Source: Auanema rhodensis (lineage: Eukaryota; Animalia; Nematoda). Taken from it: DNA of 64,000 nucleotides. Shown here in pieces: positions 38,951-51,888 of the stretch. Made by a program: the position numbers and the translations under genes. Positions within the stretch are counted from its first letter, which is position 1. The number at the start of each line of letters is the position of its first letter. Below the pieces are notes generated by a model. That model saw only the letters and a list, made by a program, of their open reading frames with translations, was not told the origin of the DNA and made no database searches. The stretch covers positions 4,588,001 to 4,652,000 of the forward strand of contig OZ059898.1 in NCBI GenBank assembly GCA_964057225.1, read 5' to 3'.

Positions 38951-41900
38951 CTTGAACAGACTGAGAGATATATAGGGAAGAGAGAAGAGGACGAGAGAAG
39001 GAAGAGAGAGAATTAAGAGAGCAGGAAGAGAGAAACAGAATAATATAGAATGTGTTCAAATTATAAATATGCCAAGAAAAATGTTATAGAAATGAAATCC
39101 GAGAGAAAACAAAACACATTTTAATGATTAGGAAAATTTAAGCGGGGTAAGCAAGGTATGCAAACGTCACGAGCCTACCTAATTTTTTTATGTTCTCTCA
39201 ATACTTTCTCGGACAAACCCAAAATATAAACAACAAACATCAAACCAAAACACCTATCACGAAATTCTATTAGGTAGTAAACAATCATTAGAAGTTAAAT
39301 AGAAGGACTCAAAAATTCTTTTCATAAAATAGATAAACAGAAAAGTAAAGTTCCTCAATTTAACGCTGATTCACGATATTAGCTTTAGAAACTAAAGATC
39401 AGAATTAAGTATTAAAAAAAACTGATGGATCGTTTTGTTTCTCAAAATAACGAGATATGTTGTAGATTTTGATTTTTTATCTGTTATAACCGAGGGTGAC
39501 GATACCAGGGCTGGGAAAAGAAAATAAGGATTCTAAGTAAGGGCATAAATTGATTTCTTACAATTATTCTATTAGAAAGTAATGAATGCATGTCCCATGG
39601 TGGCGACAAGAGGGTGGTAGAAGGCCCAGATGGTGCAATGAATAATGGACAATGACCCCCTTCGAGCCAACCAAATATTAAACCGGATTTTCGAAAATTG
39701 TCTGCCAATGAATCGACAGATGTCCCCCTGTATCTCCAAAACGATGGACAGAATCAAATTACTTTGAATTAGAATGAAAGCATAAATTAGATAATTGATT
39801 GTCAAGTAATAGAAAGCCAAGAAAGACAGGATCTAACCTCATAAAGATATCATCCTCCTCAGTTCAGAAATAGTACTTACAGGGTGAGCATAGCAAAAAA
39901 TGCACAGTATTCAATAAATATTAAATTTTATAAAATTAATAAACTAAATAATTTAAAAAGAGATGAGTTCATATTCATATGAATAGCAATATAATATCAC
40001 ATTTCATCATATTTGCCATTTTCACAATGCGGTTTTATATTTACATTAGAAATTCTGATCATTCGCAAACAGCCCCATCAATTGGGTGAACCCTATTCCT
40101 GGGAAAAAGTAATGGGTTATACCAACCCTCTCGTTTTTATTTCCAATAAGCCTATCTCTCTAAGTATGAAATGTGAACTGGACACAAAATCAACTCAGTC
40201 ACTCACACACAGTGAATTAGACGAATGAGAGAAATAGTATATATTAGAATTAATGTCATATAGGGGATCTGCGCGGAATACACATAAATTATATTGGGCA
40301 AAGTAGAGGCTGGGCCATTGGTATTTACAGAGGCTATAACCCCGAACAGAGCCAACCCCTTTCTCTGTTGAAAGGTCGAATAAAGAATATAAGAGTATTG
40401 ATTGATATAACATAATATATATATATATATGTTATATATTAAATATCCATAGGTTGCGCTACCTCTGCGAGAGGTTCAAGGTTGCAAAATAATATTGCTA
40501 TCATTTAATTTAGAATGAACATCTGCTATCGCGAACGAGGAAAAGAGAGAAAGGGTATACGAACAATCTTACAAAAATAATATTTCACATTAATAAAAAA
40601 ACTGAAAAAAAGAACATTTCCGATGTTTTGTGATAGACAGGGATTCGTACAAAATAGAGGAATATGGAGATGCAGGATAGATAACAAACAACTCGGGTTC
40701 TCATAAACTCGACAGTTCAGTGGCAGAATGCTGAACTTATTAAACGAGTTTTGTACCACAACACATATTTCGGTTCTAGAAAAATCTGATTAGCCCCTTC
40801 ATACTGACCACGGCAATAGTACATGACGTAAAACTCTAAAAATCGGCCATGATGTATTATTATAATGGCAGTCATTATGCAAGTTTTCATATGAAGCGTT
40901 GCAGTTCAGAGAATGAAGCGCACAATAAGAAATGTGTGTCTCAATGGGGTAATTTTATTTTAGCGTTCTTTCTCTCCTCTTTTCTCTCGCTTTAAACAAA
41001 ACTATTGATCAAGCAAGCGGCCCACAACTGGAAGACTAAAAGAAATTTTGAAATATATTTAAAAGAAAGGACAAGGGATTAATGAAAACTGCGTAGATAA
41101 AGAGCTGAGCAGTTGCAATGATGATGGTTGGTGTAGAATTATTGAATAGAACGCACTCGCTTATGATATGATTAAGATACACCGCAACAACATTAAAATC
41201 AACCATAATCAACTAGGAAAAAAACTTACGCTCCATATTGTTTAATATCTCATGCAAAATTGAAGCTGTTAGACAAAAATTTGTGAATTGAAGTTTACGA
41301 TTAATAATTTCGATCAAAGGTGAACAAATAAAATCATAAATATTCATAATAACAAAACAATAGTGGACAGGAATATATCTAGTTTTTTTGGATCAAGTTT
41401 TATCTACCCAACCCTTCAGATCAAATATGGCTTCATCTAAAGCCGAAAATCATTATTTCTGATATCTTGCACAAGTCTTTACAATATTACCACTTAACCA
41501 TTTTCTGAATTGTGGTATCAATCAACTTTTGCTATTATTCTCTCAAAATTAACGACATAAGCATTAAGATAAAAAACATATATTCCAAGATAAACTATTT
41601 AATGGAGCGATATCAATAAAGACCGCACAACAATTTCAAAAAGCATTGAGAAAAAAAGACACAATATGCCAAAGATCCAAATTTCAGGATTAGCAATTTG
41701 AATACAATCAATAAATTTTTAAAAATTTTTAGTAAATAAACGCGTTTATTTATTGTGGTAAGACCAATAAAATTTGAACAATATATTAGAATATAAATAA
41801 AATGCTAATTTATTGTGAATTGAGTTACACTATGAAGGATAGCTAGAAGATGCTCAATCTAAGATATTCATATCTATAATATATTTTGCATGTATAGTAA

Positions 41901-42740
41901 TTAAATGAACATGAACCCTTGAAAAGTACGTAAAATGTGACTAAAGCCAAACTGATACAGTTAATAGCTGATAGATAGTTTTATTTTTTACAGGAAGCAT
42001 TTTGCGCTAACGGTTTGCCTAAACGACTTTTGTCGTCCCATCGTTTTCTTTTTATCATCTTGACATTTCTTCTTCTTGTAGCCATTGAAGTCTGCTGATG
42101 TTCTATCCTTAAATAGTCAGAGATACAAAATCATGGCAGAGTCCGCTGATGATTATTTTCAGCGTCGTGTCTTCTTCTTCTTCGATGTCGTGATATAGAT
42201 CACTACATAACCGGTATCATTTCTTTTCGCTTTCTTCATACCTTCTTCATTCAATATAAACATCACTTCATGGCTATTTAGTCATTATTGTTCCATCATT
42301 ACTTTAGTTCATTTTTTCTAAGACCACATAACTAACCCCAATTCATCTATTATCAATCATCTTTTCTTTTACGTTTCATCTTGAACCCAAGCGATCTACA
42401 GCTGTCACCTTGGCAGCTTGAACAAGCTTATCTGTCTCTTACTCTTCCAACCTGATTTCACTGACAAATAAAATGGCAATTAATGAAATCAGCAGAATAC
42501 CTTCACAAAATAATTTAGTGATATCCTGTTGAAAACCTATGTAGTGCTCACGTTAGTTGTCCAACTGAAGCTGCAAATTTCAATGTAAAATCTTGAAAGA
42601 ATGCAGTGTCATCTGACCACGCCATTTACTTAATACCTTCCCATATCATACAAGCGACGTCAAAAGCTCATTCTCTTATTTTATGTTTTCGTCTGTAGCA
42701 TCAGTAGGCAATTTAAAGAAGCATTTATAGTTAAAACGAT

Positions 42741-45700
42741 ATGGACTCCTGGCCTTTGATACCTAGTACAATAGCTGCTGGAACATGTCTTGGAGCTTTT
42801 CTACTTTCCAAATACTGGAACACATCCCCAGATCACATTGGAGGAGTCTACAGTCGTCATCGTCAAGCGGTGGAAGTTGAAGTATGTTTAAAGATTTATA
42901 CAAGTATAGAGATCAAATATTTTTAATATACATACATATGTAAATAAGCATTAATCAAATATAATATATACATTTATAGATAGATAAATATATATATATA
43001 AAATTAATAACTCTATCATCTAGAAAACTCTTAATTTCCTGAATCAAAAATATAATTGAAAATTATTGTATAATAACTTGACTAAATAATTTTTAACTTC
43101 AATAATATTAAGGGAAAACCCGGTGTTTATAAATCGGCTCTGTTAGAATCTTCTAAAGAGGAATATATAGAGAATTATTTTCCTGAAGTTCAAACTCTGT
43201 ATGATGTTTTCACTAGAGGGGTTAAAGTGAGTTTCACTGATATGTGTGTCGTACATAAAATATTAATTTAAAGGAGAGCAATAATGGACCCTGTTTGGGT
43301 ACACGTGATAAGGATGGTTCTTATAACTTTATTACATATAAAGACGTAGAAGAAAGAGCTACTTCTCTATCAGCTACTTTTATATCGAAATGTGGATTGG
43401 AAGGGGGTGAGTTACACTTTAGAAATAAGTCTGTTATAAAAATCTCAAATTACAGGAAATGCTCATATCGGAGTTTTTGCCAAAAATCGACCAGAATGGT
43501 TAATAACTGCTTTGGCTTGCATTCATCAATCTTTTGTTGTTGTTCCACTTTATGATACATTGGGAGCAGATTCTGCTGCTTATATAATTAACCAGACAGA
43601 AATGAAGTGAGCTAATCTCCATAATCACAAAGCTAATTCAATCTTAGGGTGCTAGTGGTTGAAGATGCTAAAAAAGTTCGCGACTTATTAAGCAAAAAAG
43701 CTGAAATACCAACTCTGAAAACAATTATTGTTATGGATTCAAAAGGAGATGATGTGAAAAACTTTGAAGTTGTAAATGTTTGTTTTTCTTAGATTGAAAC
43801 ATACTAGTAGAATTCACTTTATAATTTTACAACTTTCTTTTTAAAGTAAATTTTTAGTCGGCTGATAGTAGCATTACTATTATGACTTTTGATGATGCCA
43901 TAACTTATGGAACTGGTCGGCCACAATCGTTTAATTTACCCTCCAAAGATGATACTTACATCATATGGTTATTTTATAATAATGATTTGAGCAAAAACAT
44001 AAGTGTTCAGCTATACCTCCGGAACTACAGGAACCCCAAAGGGTGTTATGCTTACTCATCAGAATATGGTAGCCAACTTGAGTGGTTGGTCTCTATTACT
44101 AGAAAAATTCCATCCACAACTACTACGAAGTGATCAAGTATGAATTCTTATATTTACAAATAATATATTCAGTTTTTAGATTCATATTTCATATCTACCT
44201 TTGTCACATATGATGGAACAAATGACTCACTGGAGTATGCTTGTTGTTGGCGCCCGTATAGGATATATAAGTAAAGGAATAATGGTTGGAAATATATAAT
44301 ATAGAGAATATAATTATAATTTAGGAACTTATGGATGATATCTCTAGCTTAAAGCCAACTGTATTCACTGTAGTTCCCCGATTAATGAATAGACTGTGCA
44401 TTGGAATTCGGGTAAATATTCCTTATCATTTCATAAGCTCAGATTATCATCCCTAAATTTGTTTTCTTGAACGAAAGAGAGGATAAATTAGAACAGTCAC
44501 GTATGATTAATGTTGAATGCACTAAAAGGACTTTGTACCCGTAGTGTATGAGGGAGAGAGAAAACATGGACAGATGAGAGAAACAAGAAAACCACAACAA
44601 GGGCAGGAACGAGTTCTTAATGAAATCAGTAGAATCATTTCTGAGACAGTGAAGATAATATGGCCGTCTAAACTATTTATCATTCATTAAATAAAAAAAC
44701 AACTAAACCAATCTGACAACTTTAGGCCAAAGTAGACGAATCTGGATGGCTCAAACGTTTAGTTTATCGTTTTGCCTATTGGAGAAAATTAGCTCTTTTA
44801 CAACAAGGTGTAATCACAAGAGAAAGTTTTTGGGATAGACTGGTTTTCAATAAAATTCAAGTAAGATCAAAAAGATCATTTTCATTTAATATATAATTTC
44901 TAAGAATAAGCTTGGAGGACAAGTGCACAGTATGGCAACGGGATCTGCTCCCGTTGCACCAGAAATATTGGAAATGTGTCGTGTAAATTTTGGAGCAGCT
45001 ATTGTAGAAGGTAAGATACAGTAATTATGCGAATGCAATTTTAATCTTACAGGATATGGTCAAACTGAATGTACTGTATTAGTCACGTGTACATGGCCTG
45101 GAGATTGGGAAGGCGGACATTGTGGTGCTCCTATACCTAGTGCAACAGTAAAACTTGCGGATGTCCCAGAACTAAACTATTTTGCTAAGGATGGAACAGG
45201 AGAAGTAGTTATAGGGATAATATAATTTTATATTAAAATGTGTTCCAGTTATTAGTAAAAGGACCAACGGTTACAAAGGGATACTTCAAAGATCCCGAAA
45301 AGACCGTTGAACTTATTGATGAGGATGGCTTCTTGCATACCGGAGATGTTGCTAGAATATTACCAAATGGATGCATAACTATTATTGATCGTAAGAAACA
45401 TATTTTCAAACTTGCTCAAGTAAGAAAACAAAGTTGGTATTAATATCTAACCTGTTTAAAGGGTGAATATGTGGCACCCGAAAAGATAGAAAATGTTTAT
45501 ATTCAATGTTCAGTCGTACAACAAATTTTTGTTGACGGAAGTAGTCTGGAACGGTAATATATTATCTTTTACTATCATTCAACTTCTTTAAGATGGTTGA
45601 TTGCAATTGTTGTGCCTGATTCGGAAGCTTTGTCGGCTTGGAATGAAGAACATGGAGTAAAAGGAAGAACTTTAGAAGAAATATGTGAAGATCCTAAGGT

Positions 45701-45998
45701 AAGTACATCTATTAGAAATTATGGACTGAAAAACATTTAGGCTCAACAATTCGTATTATCATCTTTGGTGGCAACAGGAAAAGAACACAAATTAAATTCG
45801 CTTGAACAGGTACTTAATTCGATCAAATATAGGTTTTAATTAAACGTTGTTTAGGTCAAAAAAGTTTATTTAACTACGGACGCTTTCACAGTAGAAAATG
45901 GATTATTAACGCCAACATTAAAGGCTAAACGACCCCAACTTCGTGAAAAATATACGGAAATAATGAACAAACTTTATAAAGAAAATCCAAATTTGTAA
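42741..45998 (+). CDS. Long-chain fatty acyl-CoA synthetase (ACSL; acs-5/acs-13-like)
   Basis: N-terminal membrane anchor; [10 protein letters not shown]; ATP-binding loop [16 protein letters not shown]; SYLPLSH; GYGQTE; FLHTGD; [26 protein letters not shown]; [12 protein letters not shown]. Stop TAA at 45996-45998. Confidence 0.95.
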
Positions 45999-46203
45999 AT
46001 ACCAAATAATTTAGTAAGATGTTTTAATATTTTAAATAAATGTAAATTGTAATTTTATATTTAATACTAAATACAATTACAACAATATATTATAGCAGAT
46101 AAACGAAAAATTCATTCAAACTATATGTAGAGATAGATCAACTTTTGTATTTTTATCTTTAATCATTTATAATTTTTTACAAACTATATGATCTACATAA
46201 GGA

Positions 46204-46211
46204 TATATAAG
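46204..46211 (+). promoter_or_regulatory. Probable TATA box of the transthyretin-like gene
   Basis: TATATAAG in ggatatataagggc, about 90 nt upstream of ATG 46295. Confidence 0.45.
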
Positions 46212-46294
46212 GGCAAAAAAACTTACTATTATCATCGGTTTTCTTATTATTCTTATATTAACAATTATTTTATATAATATTGCTATCTAGAGGG

Positions 46295-46904
46295 ATGAAG
46301 GTTTTGGCTATTTTAACAATCTTGGCTGTTGCTGTATATGCCCAAAGAGATAGACACCATAAGCCTAGCAAGCCTAATAGACCTAACAGACCTAACCATC
46401 ACAACGTTATTGTAAGTTTTTAAAAATTTCACATATTCAATGAGCAATATATTATAGGAGGGACGTGGTCAAATATGGTGTGGACAATTCCCAGCTTCAG
46501 GAGTCATGGTTCAATTGTGGGCTGAAAACACTCAATCTGGACGTACGACAGTCTAAGAGTTAATTGGTCTCACTCTTAGTTCTTTCAGCTTTCGGATCTG
46601 ACAGCTTCTTGGGATCTACTCGTACTAGCTCTTCTGGAAATTTCATCATTCGTACTAACAAGCGCCCAACTAGGTTCCAAAACCGTTACATCATCATTCA
46701 GCATACTTGCGGAAGCCGTCATGTACAGTTATATTTAAATTCATTATTTATCTCTAAATACTTCAGATTCAAATGGCCCGCTTCCCAATGTTCCCTGATC
46801 AGATGATCCGTGTGCAACTTAAAGTTTCTTCAACCCATCCACCAAGACCTCAGCCACCCTTCTTCCCTGTTCCTGTAGCTACTGCTGCTGCTGGATCTAA
46901 CTGA
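46295..46904 (+). CDS. Secreted transthyretin-like (TTR-52/DUF290) family protein, divergent
   Basis: Four exons: MKVLAILTILAVAVYA-QRDRHHKPSKPNRPNRPNHHNVI|EGRGQIWCGQFPASGVMVQLWAENTQSG|PFGSDSFLGSTRTSSSGNFIIRTNKRPTRFQNRYIIIQHTCGSRH|IQMARF...GSN*. This matches the TTR pattern G.L.CG..PA..V.V.LW...D..L....T...G.F....I.H.C. Confidence 0.75.
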
Positions 46905-47218
46905 GTATTTGATAATTTTGCTCTAATACTATCTAACCGAATGCCTGTATAGTTTTAAAGTTTTGTGTACACTTTTCAAGTTTTATCCGAATAAAAATTT
47001 TGCCTTTTATTCCTGTCAAGAAGTCAAATAGTAGTTTTAACGATACCTAACCTTTTGTTGAATATACTTAAAAGATAACATAGCAAATTGAGAAATGTTT
47101 CAGCTTATGAAGAAGAGACACTGAAAGAATATAGATTCCTGCAGGAAACTCGGTTGATTCAGGATTAGCTAAATATTTGAAGTTTTGATAAATATTTGTA
47201 TTGTTGCAAAGTGAAAGA

Positions 47219-48208
47219 ATGGATAACACTAACGAATTTGAGGATAGACTAAGTTCTTCGAAAGACTTCAATTTAGTTCGAATACAACATGACGTAGGTT
47301 AATTGTTGCACAAACCTTTTTTGCATAATAAGTATTCAGAGTGAAGTATCTATAGTTTATGAGCAAGTTGAAAATGATCCTGACACTATACCTGATGAGC
47401 CGACATGCCAAAAGTTTCCACTAGTTGATGCCCATGAATATTTAAACTTAGCTAGAATTAACAGATTAGAGCTTATTGATGTATGATAGCTTATTTTGCA
47501 ATTTTCAAAATATATTTCAGTGTACCTTTTCATCTAGTTTTCTCGATTACTTTTTGAAAGTTTTTAAGGATGAGTGTATCTCTGTTAAGAAGTTATGTAT
47601 AATTCGATGTTGGTTTCCAGCTGGGTCATCAAAGTTTAATTGGGATATTATTCATTTTTCAAAAAGTTAGTTTAGAATGGAGAATCTGTTATCCAGTATA
47701 GCTGCGGAACAATGGAATTTCAAAGAGAGTATTAACACATATGATAATGATTTTTGGAACCATAATATAATTCGGGAGGTAGAATATAATAAAAATACTT
47801 TCAATGATATTTTGTAAAACTTTAGAGTTCTTGTCTACGACTGGATGTTTCAGTCGAGATATCTGACAATCAACTGGCTCGTCTACAAGCAAAAATAATA
47901 GTTTTGAAAAAAGCTCACAATATATCAAGTGCAGGTTTAAATATTTTACTTAAGGTTTGCTTAGGAATATTTAGTTTAAATGTTTTATTACTGTATTTAA
48001 GGCTTTCATAGAAGGAAGTAGATCTATACAATATTATTCAATTAAAGGACTTTCACGACGTTTGCATACAAAGTTAATATTAGATGGTATTGAACACAAA
48101 AAGCTATCAAATAGTTCACGTAGATTCATAGTACAGAATAAAAAAGGTCATAAACTAGCTATACATGTTTTACAGTACTCATTTCTTTGCTATAAAGAAT
48201 CAAAGTAA
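47219..48208 (+). CDS. F-box-associated (FBA_2-like) domain protein; N-terminus unresolved
   Basis: Six short exons join in frame and end in ISDNQLARLQAKIIVLKKAHNISSAGLNILLK|AFIEGSRSIQYYSI...LILDGIEH...FIVQNKKGHKLAIHV...*, resembling the nematode FBA_2 consensus (IS.xDLN.FLK.W..G....L....I). A further upstream exon at 47104-47151 is possible. Confidence 0.6.
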
Positions 48209-48794
48209 GGAATGATTTCTTCGATTATAAGATATATTAAGAATCAGATTCTTTTTTTGAATATTTATGAAATTGTTTGACTTGACATGGTATTTGTATT
48301 ATTTATTTGATTGGTAGCTTAAGAATAATAAATTGTATAAAAGTTCACAATGAGTCGCAATAAAATGTTTTCTTCTGTATATAATTAGCTTTAATATTAA
48401 TATTGTATTCATCAAAAGAAAAGAACTTAATATTAATACACAGTTTTGGTACTTGTACTTCAATCAACACTTCGCAGCTACCAGTGTTAGTGCTATATGT
48501 GTGATATATTGTTTTTTTAAATAATAATACTATGCAGACACATATTAAAGTATATATTATCTAGAAAAAAACATCGAAACAATATCACACTACAAATTCA
48601 AATGAATGAGCAACTTTATATAAATTTATAAAAATGAGACTCAATAATCGGTTGTTTCCAAGAGGAACTGAATCCTAGTGTTCGTAAGTAATGCGAAGTT
48701 TTTTTAATTAGACGAGAAAGTGAATAATTGCATTAAATAGGTCTTCATGAGTTATATCTTCTTCTTTCATGTAAATTGTGAAATTTTTGAATAA

Positions 48795-51230
48795 TTATTT
48801 AGAATGATTGGCTCGATGAACAGCTACACATGTGGTTGAGCATAAGTTAACATCCATATATTGGAAAGGTACTTTAGGTAATGCATTACCGCACTGAAAT
48901 AAACTCAATCTCAAACCGAACACTAATGTAATCTCACATTCACACAACGAGGTGCACTGTCTAACCGTGATAATCTAGCTTCTGCTGCAAGAGCTCGTTT
49001 TTCCCGTTCGGATAAAGCTAAGTAGGCATCACGAGCTGCCTATAATAATAGATATTCATAAGAGACTATTGAATAAAAAAAACTTTTTCTTCTGCTTCCT
49101 TTTTAAGGGTATCTTTTTTCTCTTTCAACTTTTCTTTCTGCTTCAACTTCTTAGCTTTTTTTTTCGCCTCTTGTTCAGCAAGTTGCTCTTCATTCAGCTC
49201 AATGGGTTCAGGAATCAAAGTTCTAAAACTTCAGGTAAGTCTAGAGAAGAAATTTTTTTTCACCGTGTCCACTCCCATCTCGAAGAATTAGTTTTACGGA
49301 AATCCATAAAAACTTTCTTCATGTTTTTACTTGAAGAAGCATAAGGAACTTTCCCTTCCATGTTTTTCTTGCTTGGGTCACAACCAAAGTCAAGCAAAAA
49401 CTAAAATTTCTTAATGTAATTTTTTTCTTAAAAGTAAAAACAACCTTCAACGAGTTTTCTAAATTAAAAGACACCACAACATGTAGAAAAGTTAACTCAT
49501 CAGAGCTAAATGTTCTTTCGTTCAAATAAGATAGAATCTAAAAATCGGTTCATTTTATCTCAGATCAAAAACTTTTCAAGACATCTCCTTTCGAATTTCC
49601 CGAATTTTCAATCAAAGCTTCAATTTCTTCAGCTGAATTGTTTCGGATTGCTTCATAAAGTTCTTGACGAAATTGATTAGACAATAGAGGCCATTTGTCT
49701 TCCTCTTTCTTCGGAGGTTCAACAACTTTGATATGATCTGTTTTCTATAAATTAAATAATAACTCACGTCGACTTCTAGCAAAATACCTTCTCAGTAGCT
49801 TCTATTTTCTCTTTTTTTCGTTTTTCGCTCATAATTTCATATGAACTATCATCTTTTTTCTTTTTTTGAAGACCAGTTTTTTTTTTGTTTTTTTCATTCA
49901 ATTTTCGAACATCATCAAAGAAATTTTCTCTAGAATGTTAAAACAATTGAATAACTATTGCATAGTTTATAAAATCATCGATTACCTTAGGCCATGTTGA
50001 AATACAGATGTTAACCTTTTCCAAGTTCTTTGTACTTCTTCAAGATTGGGTCGTCTAGTTTCAAATGGAATTGATCTGAAAATTCAAATTTGTTATTTCA
50101 AGTTCGGTGAATGATATAACCGTATTCTTGAATCTTCTTTATCAATTAGTCCTTCTCCATGAAATACCTTTTTATTGAAAGAAGCGCTTCGAATGAAAAT
50201 TAAAGGCGTTTCTAATAAATCTGGAGCCCATAATTTAAGTAATTGAACTATTTCCTGTTGAAGAGTCTTTTCATTATATCTTAAAAAAGGAACAGTATAT
50301 ATACATATGGTTAATCAAACCTTCTTAAATTAGCTCCGGCACTATGAGCAGGACCACTAGCATTATCATTCGCGGATTGAGCACCCCCTTGCTTGGCTCG
50401 TACAACATAACGATGTATTGTTTTGTGTTTCAGAACTCTATCACTAAAAAAAAACAAAAATGAAAAAATATATTATATTATTTACTTTTTAAAAATAGCA
50501 GCGGCAAAATGACCACCAGCCAAAAGAAAAATAGCGCAATCTAGAGGTTTTAAGAATAATTCTGGAAAAACCATTGTGTCATTTTCATTAAGAAGAACCC
50601 TAAAATCCAGTTAGTAATGTATAATACAAATTTAAAAACACCTATAAATACTGAAAACCATATTGTCTTGTACGAAATAAGATCTCGACGATGAGTTCAA
50701 GGAGAGAAAAGCATCTTCCTCATCATCACTTTCTTCTGTTTCTGAAGTTGATTCGCCCACGTCATGCTCTTCAAATTCTTCTTCCGTGATGAATGATCTA
50801 CCTTTTTGAGTTTGCTTTACATTGTATCTTTAAGAAATGAGAAATGAATGTTTTTTTAATTTTGCTCACTTATGCCAAGGACTCTGATAATGAGCTATAA
50901 CTTGTTTTCTATCATCAGGGTCAAGGATAAACTGGCAACTGGTGCAAGTGTGAACATTTGATTCTAAAAAGAGATTTAAAAAAGAATTCCACAAAGTGCA
51001 CACCTGCATAACCCTTAAAAGGATCAAATTCTTCAATTTCTTCAATGTCATTCGAATTTCCCCCCGAAAACAATGGCTCAATCGGTTTCAACCATCTTGT
51101 GTCGTACAACGAGAGAATAATTTCCTATCATTTATTATACCATTATATTCAATGTAGAATAAAACAAAAACAAGTGAGTACTTTTCGATTGAATTGGATA
51201 TAGTATACTAACCTTCTGGCCTCCAGGCAT
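48795..51230 (-). CDS. vms-1: Vms1/ANKZF1 tRNA endonuclease (ribosome quality control; p97 cofactor)
   Basis: Zinc finger CTSC...HYQSPWH(R)YNVK; AIFLLAGGHFAAAIF; catalytic loop HKTIHRYVVRAKQGGAQSAND...SAGANLRRYNE; ankyrin-like TFLH...FLLDFGCDP; VIM motif REKRALAAEARL; C-terminal treble clef CVNCG...CSTTC. Confidence 0.95.
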
Positions 51231-51888
51231 TTTGGAAAAATTTTCTGAAACGCTAAGTCGACATGACTTTATGTATTCATAACTTTAAGATATACGGGCG
51301 TAAACGTATATTTCGTAAAACAGTTCTTCTTCAATTATTTTTATTAGCAAAAGTAATACATGTATAAAAAACTGCTGAAGTGTTCAATGTCATATTAACT
51401 GCTCATACTGAGCTTTTAAAACTTTCAGTAAAATTTAAAAAGCTTATTTCAAGCAATAAAAAATATATAAACCATAATTATTCAATGTTGAACTTTGGAT
51501 TCCTGTATTCAAAGAAGTAAACCTGTATACAACTAGATTGAAAAAATGAATGCCCAAGATTTCGTTTCAAGAGGCAAGCTCGATTCAAACCTAATGGTGT
51601 GAAGTGAACGTAGATGGAAATATTTCCTATCAACTTTTTTATTATTAAGTTATTCTGTATATATAATACAAGGCATAGATTGTGTTTACCACACATAAAT
51701 GCTAACTGTCGGTTTCCAAGTGAATTCGGTTTAACACCAGTTGCAAAATTATCCAAATTATTATACAGCTACTTCGAAACTCGTGTTTACAAGTAGAGCC
51801 GCTGCTTGTTATACTAAGTATAAATAAATAAGAGATGCACATAAGGAGAGAACAAGGCCTAATAAAGACTATCACATTATGAAACTAA

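Noticed and set aside
41990-42300. Purine-rich minus-strand stretch resembling a Lys/Glu-rich coding exon
   Set aside because: Stops interrupt all frames and joining them would need a 19-nt intron; better explained as the pyrimidine-rich upstream region of the ACSL gene.
44536-44557. TACCCGTAGTG, resembling a miR-51/miR-100 family mature sequence
   Set aside because: No complementary arm on either side, so no pre-miRNA hairpin.
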